Origin: Camelus ferus
Lineage: Eukaryota
Direction of reading: 5' to 3'
DNA length: 64,000 nucleotides
Assembly: GCF_009834535.1 (NCBI RefSeq)
Contig: NC_045697.1
Coordinates: 96,846,001 to 96,910,000, forward strand
The notes under the pieces were generated by a model, which searched no databases, was not told the origin of the DNA, and worked only from the letters and a program-made list of their open reading frames with translations. Position numbers and translations under genes: made by a program. This document shows, in pieces, positions 40,170 to 53,070 of this stretch (position 1 is its first letter; each line of letters starts with the position of its first letter).

Positions 40170-40990
40170 ATTATGAAAAACAATCCACCAAGTACTCCCT
40201 TTCTCCTTCTCTTGCGTCAATAAAGTCCATTTGCTAAATGGCATCAATAATGTTTCTTCTATAAGTCATATAGTATCACTTTTCTGCTCAAAAACCTTCC
40301 ATGGCTTCTCTACTCACTAATTCCCTACTGACTCATTAAGCCCAGAATTTAACAATGGCATAAACCAGGTTCTAGCAAACTTTTCTGTAAAGGTCAATAA
40401 GTAAATCTTTTCAGTTTGTAGGCATAAGCATAACATGCAAACTAATCAACTCTGCTGCTGTAAGGTGAAAACAGCCATAGACAATGTGAACAAATGAATA
40501 GGTATGTCTATGTTCCCAAAAAAGTTGTTACAAAAGAAGGTTGTGGGCAGAATCTGACAGGTCTGCCAACCCCTGGCTTAAAAATCTAGTTCCTTCTTTG
40601 ATCTTAGAACCTAACTCACTTCCTTCATTCACTTCACCCTTTCCCTGAAACCAGCCAGACACTATTCAACCCCAGGTCCTTTGTACTTGCTGTCCCTTCC
40701 TCCTGGGATGATCATTCTCCAGATAGCTGCAAGTCTCACTCCCTCACTTTCACCCATTCAAGAGTCTCCTTAATACAAATGCTTTTCCTTACTGGCCTCA
40801 TTCTATTTCCTTACTCTGCTTTATTTTACTTTATAGCACTCATCACAACCTGATTTTTTTTTTTCATTGTAACTACACCCTCTTTACTAAAAGTAAGTTA
40901 CATAAGAGAAGGATCTGTCTGTTCTATTCATTGCTGAATGTCTAAGACCAAGCACCTAGTTGTCTTTCAGAAAGTATTATTGAATAAACA
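40170..40990 (+). mobile_element. L2 3' region (interrupted by MER58)
   Basis: cacttttctgctcaaaaaccttccatggcttc...tcctttgtacttgctgtcccttcctcctgg...ttattgaataaa. Confidence 0.7.
40366..40575. mobile_element. MER58A-like hAT MITE
   Basis: cagg...gcaaacttttctgtaaaggtc...ctgccaacccctg; degenerate 8-bp TSD gcataaac / gcttaaaa. Confidence 0.8.
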
Positions 40991-41459
40991 ATTAAATTAA
41001 TAATGTAACATCTGCATCTAATATTATATTGACATATATATCACAATTTATGAACCTATTAATAGTTTTTGTATTTTTTAGTTAACTATTGTTTCTTTTT
41101 TTGGCAAGATTCCATGTTACTGAATAACTTGATTTACCTTACTGTTGGCTGCAAGTATGTCTTTGAATTACTCTTTATTTCAAGAAGTAAATTTTTTGAG
41201 ATTGTCTATGACTAGCTATAAAAATTTGAATCAGATTTATTTTACTCAAAACTCTATGGAAATGGATTCACTGTCTTTGGCACTTATTTTTGTAATTCTC
41301 ATGTCTACCTTATTAGGCACCAAGTTGTTGTTTTGTTTCTTTTTTTGTAGCGTTTTAAAATGTATTTCTGCATGAATAAGTGTAGTTTTTGTTGTTGTTG
41401 TTGTTGTTATTCTTGAAGTGCAGTTACTTTTCTAAGATGTGGGTCTCTTCAACAATAGA

Positions 41460-41668
41460 GTTTGGTATAGAGGTGATTGGAGTGAAGGACTTAGGGAAAA
41501 GCTCTGTGGGTTTGAATCCAGGCTCTAACTTTCATCCTGCACTTCAATTTCTGCTTCTGCAAAGTCCTTATAACAGTATTCCTTTAATAAGGTTTAATAG
41601 GGTTAATAAGTTGCGAATATTAAGTGAGTGTATAGATACAGAGCCCTTTGGAAGTTAATCATAATTAT
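41460..41668 (+). mobile_element. MIR SINE
   Basis: ctgtgggtttgaatccaggctctaac...cttcaatttctgcttctgcaaa. Confidence 0.55.
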
Positions 41669-41670
41669 TA

Positions 41671-41974
41671 TAGGCATATCTTGCTTTATTATTCTTTACT
41701 TTATTGTGCTTCACAGATATTGTGTGCTTTGCAAAGTAAAGATTTGTGGCAACCTTGTGTTGTCAGATGATGGTTAGTATTTTTTAGCAATAAATTATTT
41801 TCTAATTAAGGTATGTACATTTTAGGACATAATGCTATTGTACACTTAATAGACTACAATATGCTGTAAACATAACTTTTTAATGCACTGGGAAATCAAA
41901 AAAATTCAAGTGATTCACTTTGTTGGGACTTGCAGTGGTCTGGAACTGAACTTGAAATATCTCAGTTATGCCTG
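41671..41974 (+). mobile_element. Tigger1-derived MITE (Tigger1a_Art-like)
   Basis: TA-flanked, decayed caggcatacc TIRs; ctttattgtgcttcacagatattg...cataatgctattgtacacttaatagactaca...gtggtctggaactgaac. Confidence 0.8.
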
Positions 41975-44900
41975 TAGTTCAATGTCAGTTATCATCATCA
42001 TCATCATCACTACTATATTGTGAATGCTTGTACAAAAAGAAATTTTCTTCAACTTTTAAAAAAAATCTTATTTTTATTTATCACCTGGCATGGATGTAGC
42101 ATTACTTTTCTGCAATTTTTCATCCTGGCTTCTGTTTATGCTACTACTAAAATTGTTAATATTTCACGTATGTTTATTTCTCTCATTATTTTAATTTTTG
42201 CCACTATCATTTATTTTTAATTATATGGGAACTTTTTGTGCTTATTTATTATTTTAGTGCTGATTTTTTATATTTGAATAACTCAATCTGATACATTTAT
42301 ATTTTTAAAATCAGAAATCTTCCAAATTCAACAAAATTGAAGTCAACAAGTATTTGCTGAGTTCCTACTGTGTAATACATATTATCTCAGGAGCCCTAAT
42401 CCTTTTCTGAACTCAGATTCATCTCTCTTTGTGTCTGCAGCCTCTATTTCCTGTATAAAGCATGCTCTTGATTTCTGGCTTAAGAATAAAATCCGTGAAA
42501 AGGGGATTATAATATAATTTATTATAGTAATAAAATGTTAATATTTGTAATGCCTTTCGAAGAGCACCTGGCAAAGAGTGAGTTGTTTTGGAAGTAATAT
42601 TAAATTTAATAAATAAAAATACAAATTAACAAAATTACACATTTTCTGTAGGTTTTCTTGTGTCATTATAATTCTTTGTCATAGGGAGACATGTTTGTTT
42701 CTTCATACTGTACTCTTTCGTCTGAATTGCAAAATTTTTTTTCGTGTCAGATAATATTTTCCTTTGTTCCATGTTCAACAGGAAGAGAAATTAACTTCCA
42801 TATTGTGAATTGAGGAGGGTCTGCCAGAGATTATTGGAAACACTCATGTCTTCTTTCAAGTTGAAATGAAGGAGAACACTTAGATTTCCTGCAGTCTATT
42901 TGGTTGTTAGAGAGATATGATAATAGGCAAGATATTGAGAGAAGACAGGAGAGGTTGGGTGATTTTCCTTTGCTGTGGAAAGCATCTGGACTCTAGCTGG
43001 AGCCAACTAGTTATCACCTGGCATGGATATAGTAGCCGAATAGCAGCAGGGTCAGTGCACAGTCACTTTGCCTGTGACTGATACTTTTCCTTTGTCAGAT
43101 ACCAGCTTTAAGCCACAGCCCACAGTTACGAGCACGGCAGGATTTCTATTCAATAAGGCCTCACGAGTGTCAGAGAAATACTGCTGGAAAAGCTACTGAT
43201 TTCCCAGATGCAATCTAGTCCTTACTCCTTCAAATCATGAGTTCCATTCTCAAATTACAAGTGCTTTGTGGCAGGTCATGTGCCACATTTTTCCTTTCTG
43301 TTTTTTTTACCTGTACTTTGCTGGCAGACATGTCTTTATACTTTTGACATGTATATACAAGGGTTTTTTTTGTGTGTGTGTGTGGTTTCCAATGCTATTC
43401 TTTTTCCTGTTTCATAGCCATTTGAATATTTGAAGATGAATCTGGGCTGTGGGCAACTTCGGAACATGTTCTCACATATTTCATATCACAAGTTTGATTC
43501 TTACTAGTATCAAAGTAACATTTTAAGGAATGTCACTGCACTTCACCATACTCATAAATGTGATACAACAAAGAATGATTTCTACATATAAATGGAACCA
43601 ATTACTGAACAATAACAGGAATTTAGGACAAAACTTTTCCTAAAACACAACCTCATATATATTCACCTTGCACAGATTTTGTTGTGAATGTTTCATGTAT
43701 TGCCATGTGTTTATATGAATCTTAGAAGCATAGTTCCATCCAGTTTAAATGAAAGCAAAGCTGCAAGTGCAGTATCTCAATTATAAATGTTATGGGCCTA
43801 CTGTTTGAGAGGGCTTTTCTCCAGAGATTACAAATAGAATGAAGTACATCCAATTAAGTACCAGATTGACAAGAATTTTCCCTTATGCTTACCAGCAACC
43901 TTCAGATAACTCATTCAGAATTAGAGATTCAAGGACTCTCAGTGACAGCAGGACTCCACTTTCTACTCATTCTGGCATTTCTATCTCAGCATAATGAAAA
44001 TACTGAAATTCCTATTCTATTAAAGTGTGTGTGTGTGTGTAATGAAAGTAACAGAAAAAGGAAAGAAAATATGTTTCTGCCCATTTTTCTCTGCATCCAA
44101 AGAGATTTTTTAAAATTTTCTTTTCTGAACATGTTATCTACAACTACATAACTCAAAACCCAATTAAGAGCTATCTTCTTCATGATAATGATTTAGTGTT
44201 TACGTAAAAGGAATTTATATAAAAATGTACATGTACACATATGTTAAAATAAGCCAGTTATTACTGAACATATACATATTTAATTAATAATGTATTGACA
44301 TAATATAGATAATATAATAATATATATAATCTGAAATTAGGATAGTATGACTTATAGTAAAAGAAGAAAGTGGCCAAACCAATACAAAATCTTTCCAGAG
44401 AGCAACAGTTTATCTTTGTAAATTTATAAAAATGCAGTCTTAAAAGATAAAACGATTTATTTGTCTGTCTACCACTTAGCAAAGATGAATACTCAATATA
44501 AATAGACAATTTTTTGACAGCTGGGATAATGTGCCTTAATGGTTCACTGACAGCAGACTGGTTTTGACCATCTGCATATTTATTTCCATTTCTGTAGTGG
44601 TCCAGCTGCAAGTGTTACTGCATTTGATAATGCTTTCAATTAGAACTGCACTCTTAATGGATATTGTTATTTTCATAACCATCCTCCCATGGGTTTCATT
44701 CCAAGTATGCAACAATAAAAATATATATGAGATACAGTTAACAGTCAGTAATTTTATGTCTAATTTCACTATAGGAGTGGCAAATATTGATAGATTTTAG
44801 CAAATGTATGGCTTTGTACTAATTCAGTGTATCTCAAGTTTTCCCCCTAGTGGTTTTGTGAACAGTTCTTTATCACTCTTATAAGTTAAAATATATTTTA

Positions 44901-45929
44901 ATCTGATACATTTTACATGAAAGAACCAGGTCATGTATATTAGCAGACACCTAAAGATCCATTCCTACTTATTTTCCTTTATTTTGTGATTGATTCCTGC
45001 TTTCTTAATCAGCTCTCCCTTTAATATTATAGAAACACTATGGTTCTCCATGAAGTAAGATGAAAGCTAAATTACAATTCACTTTTTCCTTATGGCCTCA
45101 AATGATAAAGGTGCTTTAGAAATCTGAGACATGCTGAGATTTAAACAAAAGCAAGAAGAGGCTTAAATCATCCTCTCAACAGAAAATTACCTTACCTGCA
45201 GGCAGGTAAGGTGGACCAATTAAAACATTCCAAGTCATTCCCAGTGGTTCTTTAAATCAGATGTTAATTATCACTAGACTCACTGGGGACTGAATAGTCT
45301 TTCTGTGTATCAAGACCTACTTCATCCTTAATCTGACTTTGTCAAAATAACCTTTGTCTGTCACAAATCTTCTTTAACTTCTAAGGTTGATTAAGCTCTA
45401 ATATATAATAATGGTGAACTAACTTTATTTTAGAAACCCTTTGATAGTCACACTAACTAAATTCCTGTCCAGGATACATCTACCAGTTAAATACTTTCAA
45501 ATTAATCCTCAGAGATAATCTTGAGCCATTTGGAATTTTTTTTTATTATGTAGAGTCAATATTATTATAATTGTCTTAATCATTGCACAAGAGAAACTGC
45601 TTTTTAATAGCTCATTTTGTTTCATTTAAAAATAAGAAAATAAAAAATTAAACTATCTTACATGTGACAAATAGTATGGTTTTAATGTATTACTTGAAGA
45701 AAAAGAATTTGGCTAATTGGTGGGTAAATGTGTTTGCCTAACAACCCTGAACTAAGACCTCTGTTGGAGTATAATATACACACAGAAGAGCTATATTACC
45801 TTCCTTTGGATCCTTACATCCCCACCATTTCTTTTTAAATCAAGAAAATATATTTCCCATAATATATTTATTTCTTGACCATTATATATTTTGTGATGGA
45901 AATTTTTTTTATCAGACTGCTGAGCTTGG

Positions 45930-46150
45930 TGCTACAATTTAAAAGGTACATGAAACAAAACTGGGTTTGAGTGCTGGCCTTTTCTTTTACCAGGTACATG
46001 ACCTTTGGTAAACGACTTACATGAGTCTCAAACTCCTCACCCTTAAAAAGTGGATAATAATCTCAAGTGTGCAGGGTCTGTTGAAAGGATTCAAATTTAA
46101 TGTGATGCACTTAACACAGTGCCTGGCAAAAAATGAATGTGTGTTAATAT
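45930..46150 (+). mobile_element. MIR SINE
   Basis: ctgggtttgagtgctggc...tgacctttggtaaacgactta...cacttaacacagtgcctggca. Confidence 0.65.
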
Positions 46151-49100
46151 GCCTTATCATTGTTCTTATCATTAGAATTATTCTGTTAAGAGTGTTTCAA
46201 ATTATCTGATCACTTCTACATTAAGAATCCTACATAGCCATGGAAACTTATTATGTCCTGCTGTAATACTATTTTATATTTGGGGACATAATAAAGAATT
46301 AACACCTCTTGTATATTTTAAATGTTGCAGCTTCAGAGGAATCCAGAATATTGTGTTGAAAGTTGTTTTCTGCAAATCAATCTATGCTGAAGAGTGCAGT
46401 TTAATTGTAAGCACATGGTGAACGTGGGCACATGGAGAACTGTCTCATTTGTGTCTTTCTGTCTGCCAAATCATACAGAACCTACTAAAATAACTTAAGT
46501 GGAGAATGAGCCAATTCTTTGAGATATAGTGGAGAAATGCAAGACAAGAAATAAGCAGCAGTATAGCACAATCTCTTGAGAAAAGTGACATTTCCAAGTC
46601 TGGGCTAAATTTCATCAGTTCCCTAAGATGCAAGCCAGGAAGTGATTAGTATGTAACTCTGTATATGGCCTAGTTAGAGTTTCTCTCTCAACTCTCAGCT
46701 ATATAATTTCAGTTTCCCCCAAATCTCAAAAGGTTCAGTTTTCTGGAAAATTAGAGTGACTGTAAAAGTGCATGAGCAATAGAAATAGAAATATTTGTGT
46801 TTTTGAAAGTTTCACTAGATCATGAGGGGAGTGGAGACAACAGAAGCTGAGGTCAACAAAACAAGTGCCCCCATCTGGCAGATACTGCGGGCAAGAGACT
46901 GACATGGTCTAAAGCTAAAGGCTTATATACTTCAAGTAAAATAAACAGTCATGTTATGCTTAAAGATGGATACTTAACACAATAAGATGAAAACAGCTTT
47001 ATGGTGAGAGCCATTTTGCATCAAAGAAGCTAAACTCAGATCATCACCATATGCAAGTAAAATACCAGTTACCAAAAGTTTGTTCAATTTTTATAACCCA
47101 CTAGAAAATTACAGAAACAGTCAGTGATTCCCCACAGTAATTGTAATCACCTGTGCTGTGTATAATGTTGTTCTGATAACATCAATTGCTTAAAATTGAT
47201 AATAGTTCCACCCTAGATTTACATAGCCAATTATGTGTCTCTTTCATTTGTCACACCAGATTAGATTTCTGGCCCATCTAGTTAGGCAGACTGCCTCTGC
47301 CAGTGACCAATACAAGCAATGTTTCAATGTGACAAAAAGGGAATACAATGTTATTAGAAGTGAAACAAATTAGCACATCACTGTGTATGCTTCCTGGAAT
47401 ACTAGCATGCAGTCATATACCCTAGGTTTTGCAATGTATATAATACAAATACATAATCTGATACAGATACATATGACACATTTTGACATAAAAATCTTTA
47501 AGGACATTTAAAACATATTTCAGGACAATTTATTTATATCATTGTGAATATCAGTTAAAAGTACTGTCATATTCACTGGTTTAAAAGGAAAACAACCTTG
47601 ATTGTCTTAATAAAGTGAATGCATTGACTTATAGGATTGAAATGTTTAGCGTTAAGGCAGTACTCAGGCAGTTGTGTTTACTGGGCTCTAGTTCTTTTCC
47701 AGTGTCGCTGTGTCTTCAGGCTAGCTTTCCTCACAGTATCTTGAAGGCTCCCACATAGTTCCTGGGGGCATTTTTTTAACATAAAAAGTAATAGAAGCTA
47801 CCCTGTTCTATCACCAGACAACAAAAGTCCTACATTTTCTCTAATTTTGTCATCGTAGGCCACATGTATTAGAAAAGAACACCTATTTTCTTGGTTTCCC
47901 ATTTCTTTCAGGAGACTTTTGCAAAAATAGCCTTTCTGGCCACTCTTTCCACATTTCCTCTCTCACTGTAATTGAGGGAGGCACATCCTGTCTAATTGGT
48001 GAAGGGCTAAGGTCTTCCATTCTATAGCAAATTCTTCCTGGGAGAAGGTATTGTTTCCTATACTCTTGTGACTTCCTGTACTTACACTGTTACAGCAAAT
48101 ACTGCAGTCTCCTCTGGGGTTTTCTCTCTTTCTTGGCTGCAAACTTCTCACAGCAAGGATGAACTATTTATTGCTACGTCTACAGCCCGTTGTATAGTGC
48201 CAATTCATAGTAGATACTCAATATGTGGTGGATGATGAATACATTAAACTGAAATTTAATTAAATATTATAACATGTTTTAGATTTGCCTCTGAATTCAT
48301 ATTGCATTTCTTTGCTGATTGAATCATTCACTCATTCAACTTTCTTCAGTTTCAACTTGCTATGTGTTATTCTTGTCTCTTGGGGAAGAAGTATCGCAGT
48401 ATCATAAGAATCTTTACTCATTTAAGCTTCCTTTAAAGATACTTGCTTGAAGGCTGCTGAATTGGTTATTCGAGGACAAAGGAAAAGCCAGATGTTCTCA
48501 TGTAGGGTATCTTGTTGACAGAGGATATATCCAGTTCCTGCATAATTACTGAATGAGACTACACTATTAATCATTGTGTCTATTTATCAGCTCTCTATCG
48601 GTATCCTGGATAATTTATTCATACTTCAGTTAATAAAGTCTAATCATCAGTATTACTTGTGGATTTCAAATTAAAGTAGAATTAATTCTGGGAAGAAGAG
48701 TACAGAGTCAACGTGGGAGAATGAATTCACAATCAAATGCTTGAGAAGCTTTTTGATTGGTTAAGGGACTTGTCCTGAGCTATATCATCCAAATTTTGAG
48801 GTTCTGGTCTAATATTACAGGTAGCCATATAGCTTGTACCACCTCTTACAGGTAGCTTTGCTGCAGTTTTCCAATAATATGGAAGGAAAGTAAAAAATTC
48901 TGTTTCCCTTTCTACTATGTACCTTTGATCCCCATCTCTAAAACTGGTAGGACCAGGACACATTTATTGACCACCTGTTATTTGGTTCCCTAAGGTACAA
49001 TACACATATTTTATCTCATGGACGTATGTCAAAGATCATTAGGCTTCTAAACTGAGATATACCTCTCTTTATAGCCTTCTTACTGCATGTTTCCCTTTGA

Positions 49101-50944
49101 AAAAGTAATGGTCAAAGAAAAGGTAAAATGTAACATTACTTGCATCATGTATCTCTAACATTAGACCCCTGCTTGGACTCTGTTGGGCTGGGGAGTAAGA
49201 TTGGGGGTAGGGGAAGGCAGGAAACTCTCTGCACATGAAGAACATGTCTTAACTATTAAAATTTGTTCAGTGTTAGGCAACAGTAAAAAGTAGCTAGGCT
49301 TTTCAGATTTGGGGGAAGGTGGTCTTTGCAGTATTCTAAAGTACCAGAATGCCAGCATTCTAGAGTGCCAGAGTGCCAGAATTCTAGTAAGACACAGATC
49401 ATATATTTATGGCATTTTTTGTCTAGTGAATACTAAATATTTGTATAGCTGAATGGTATACTTAACATTACTTGTCATGTGTGGGTTTATTTATTTATGT
49501 TTTGTTCACCTTGTCTTCAGCAAAGAAGATGCCACTTCACTGAGGGTATCTTTTTTTTTAAAGAGAAATAAAAGAGAACACTATGAAAAAATAATAGGTG
49601 GCTTACTTAAGAATTACAAATTTAGGTTTGCATTCTTAAATTCAGGAAAAGGCAATATAATCAGACATTTGTTTTATGAAACTCTAAAAGAAAAAGCTGC
49701 CAAATATTTAGAAGTAAATACTTGGGGAGTAGAAAAAGTTGAGCAGTTCTTAGCCTATGAGGTGATAAACACCAGAATCTCTCTTGAATCTACCCCTCTG
49801 AAAGCTCTCTGCATTTTCAAACTGAAGTATCCAAGTATTGAGAGCCATAATCTTTGGGAATTCAAATACTTGGCATACTTTTCTCACCAAAGCAACAAGA
49901 GAGTGAGATCATCTTCTCTGGAAGAACACAGTGGGATGTGCAGCCACACAGACAAGAGATTCATAAAATAATTCAAAAAATAAAGGACCAGCATCACGTA
50001 TTTCCACATAGTTGAACTGTGAAGCAACATACCCAAAGGTGGAAGGAATAGATATAGTGAGCTGATCCTACTTACATAATTCTGTAGCTTAGAATTGGAA
50101 ATTGGACATTTTAGACTATAACTTTTTGCCAAGGTCTTTGAAAAATTCATGGAGAAAATACTGTACTTCCTGATACTATGGATAATGACATTTGGAGCAA
50201 TAAGACATTAGCATACTGTTTTAGTGGAACACTTTATTCTGATAATTAAGACATTGTGCCTTCTAAGTAGTTACCTGAACATTAATATCCTACAGTCTCC
50301 TTGTTAGTTTGAACAGACTCGTTCTCTAGGGTTCTTATAACATCCAGTACATCATTTTATTGTAGCTCTTCTCATATTATATTAGAAGACATTGTTTGTC
50401 TACATGCATTTGATAATGAGGCATGTCTTACTTGATATGAATCCTTAGTACCTACTATGGTTTTTATTTTATTTTATTTTTTTTACTATGGTTTTTAGCA
50501 TACAGTAAGAATTAATTATTTTTTCTGGAATGATTGACTTAATAACCAGATTTCTAAAAGTCTGTAAACAAGAGAAAACTCTCAGCTATCTTCCAATCTG
50601 ACTGCAACTTGTTTAACTGCAATTGGAAACCAAAAAAAGAATAAAATCCAAACTAAAAACAAAACAATACCTAGTTATTTTGCCTTGCTTTCCTCCAATA
50701 AAGTGTGAACCCTAATCCTTACATATACAAGAAGAAACACCTAAAGAAAGTAGCAAAATTTGCCTGAATAGAAAAAAAGGAAAATGTACTTATTAAATCT
50801 CCTTTACTGTTTCACAATGATTTTATGATGGCTGGTGTTCCCAGAAAGAAAAGTGATGCTGACATACACACACACAAAATATATTGCTTTATATAAATTT
50901 TATTCAAGTAGACTATTATTCATCATCTATATATTTTTAGCATC

Positions 50945-51160
50945 TAGGATAGGAATCTATGGCCCTTGGGTCAAATCTAGCCTTCAGCCTGTTTTGTAAA
51001 TAAAGTTTTATTGGAACACATCCACCCCATTCTTTTACGTATGTCTGCTTTTAAACTACCATGACAGAACTGAGTAGTTACAATAGAGACCAATGATTTG
51101 CAAAGCCTAAATTATTTACTAGCTGCTTCTTTATAATAAAAAGTTTGTTAAGCCCTATTA
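50945..51160. mobile_element. MER58A-like hAT MITE
   Basis: ctatggcccttgggtcaaatctagcc...cctgttttgtaaataaagttttattggaacaca...gcaaagcctaaattatttacta. Confidence 0.8.
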
Positions 51161-52139
51161 AGATATAAACTTACTCAAAGTTCCATCCCTTACCAAACTT
51201 TTTAATATCTTTCATAAAGTTCTTAAATTTTATATGGCCTTTCATAGTTTTATAATTAAAACCAGTTGTATCAACAGTACTGCTCCAAGTTGTCATCTTA
51301 ATTTACATTTCCAAAGCATTTTAAATATATTATAGACTAAGGCTTTTTGGTGTTGTTATAGAAATCTTGATGATTTGAACAAAACAAGTTACACATATTT
51401 ATGCCAACATTTCTTATTTAAATAAATTAGAAACCCAATAAATTTTCTTGGGAAAAGAATGAACTGAGACTTTTTGATCATTCTTGAAAAAAAGACATTT
51501 AATCTTTATATTAATTTGCTTCAAACTTAAATTTTTAATATTTTCCTTTTTAAGGTTTTTTTTTTTTTTTTTTTTGGTGGGGGGTGTAGAGGGTAGTCAG
51601 TTCAGGAGAGTTACAAATTCCAGTTTCTGACTTGGAATAACAGTAAGACTGCCCTTTCCTAATCGTCTTCCTTTCATTTCCCCTGTTGCTGCCCTCAGCC
51701 TTGGCAAAAGAATCATTTCTGAGATCCACAGGCTTTACTTCCTGAGGAAAAAGGCAGAACTGACAGGACTGATTAATAGGAATGACTTTACTACACTGCT
51801 TTAGCAGAGACTGAAAGATCAGGGACAATATAAACAATATATGAAGGAGTATTTCAGAAAGTCAGAGGCAAATACTTGCCAGAGGTCACACTGTCCTATA
51901 ATTAAGAATCTCAAGGTACAGTTAGTTCTCCTTTACTTCTCCCCAAGTCTATCCTGAGATTAGGCTCCTGCTTCAAGAAAATATCTTTTGCATCTGCTCA
52001 GGGTTTCTAGTTTGCCCAGGCCAAACTAGGATCAGAAAAAAGCTCAACTTTTTCTAATACATATATACATAAACCCTACAGTCTTTACAGATATCCTCAA
52101 GATTGTCCCATTTAGACAAATAAGAGAAAGAAAAACAGA

Positions 52140-53070
52140 TCTCTTTGCTCCTGGTTTTTGTTCCATCATTACTCAAATATTAAAAATTTTTCCCTTAAAG
52201 AGGCCCTTCATTAATCCAATCATTGCACAGCTACTTCTTTCTCTCTTCTATGACAGAGCAAAATTTCCTGATATAACCTGTTAAATTAATTGTCTCCTTT
52301 TCCTCCTTAAGTGATTACTATTAGTTTTCTGCTCCCATAATTCCCCTGAATCTAGGACCCAAACCATTTAACTTGTTCACCTTAAATTCACTGAAGATAG
52401 ATATTTTTCCTTTTTCATTTGCATTTAACTGATCTTTTGGCAACATTTGTTTCTTTTGATCCCTCCTTTTATTTCTATTAAGCTACAAAGCTGTTGTCTC
52501 AAATCACTCCACTCTCTTGATTGCTAGAGATAAATGTTCAAGTGCCAATTGCAAGTGTATGCTTGAGTGTTTTCCAGACACATCATACTCAACATTTGAA
52601 CATCTAAACTCATCATCTCCCAAACCTGCCTCCTCTCCAGTGATCCCTTTTTAAGTAAATAGTATTGATGTCTAACCAGTTGCCTAACATGGAAGACATT
52701 TATTTGAACATGGCACTTCTCTCTTTTCAACTCAATGGCTTCTATTTCCTATTAGGAGAAAGTCTACACTCATAAACATGGTTTACAAGTGCCATCATGG
52801 TCTGGTCCCTTCTCTCTCTAAACCTGCCTCTTAAACTAGTATTCTTTACCCTCTATAATACAGTAGCTATCACTGAATTTATTTAATTTAGTCCCTATGG
52901 TCCCATATTTTTCTCATCTAAATCTTTAAATGTGCTCTTTCTTTCTGCCAGAAATATTTATCTCCACCCTGCGTGATGACTACAGTGGAGATGCAGAAAG
53001 TCATGTCCCTTGTGTTACTATTATCCCCCAACCCCAAGACAGGACTTGGTATTGAGTTGGCACTTGGTAT
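52140..53070 (+). mobile_element. L2 fragment
   Basis: catactcaacatttgaacatctaaactcatcatctcccaaacctgcctcct...tcaatggcttctattt... Confidence 0.6.

Noticed and set aside
42800..43290. Possible old LTR
   Set aside because: Composition is suggestive, but I could not identify the family, termini or TSD.
49453..49971. 172-aa plus-strand ORF
   Set aside because: AT-rich composition, no recognisable domain or splice context; a chance ORF is plausible in 64 kb.
51550..51837. Minus-strand ORF with a good acceptor (tttttcctcag|GAAG)
   Set aside because: No convincing donor, peptide unrecognised, and the frame runs into a poly(A) tract.
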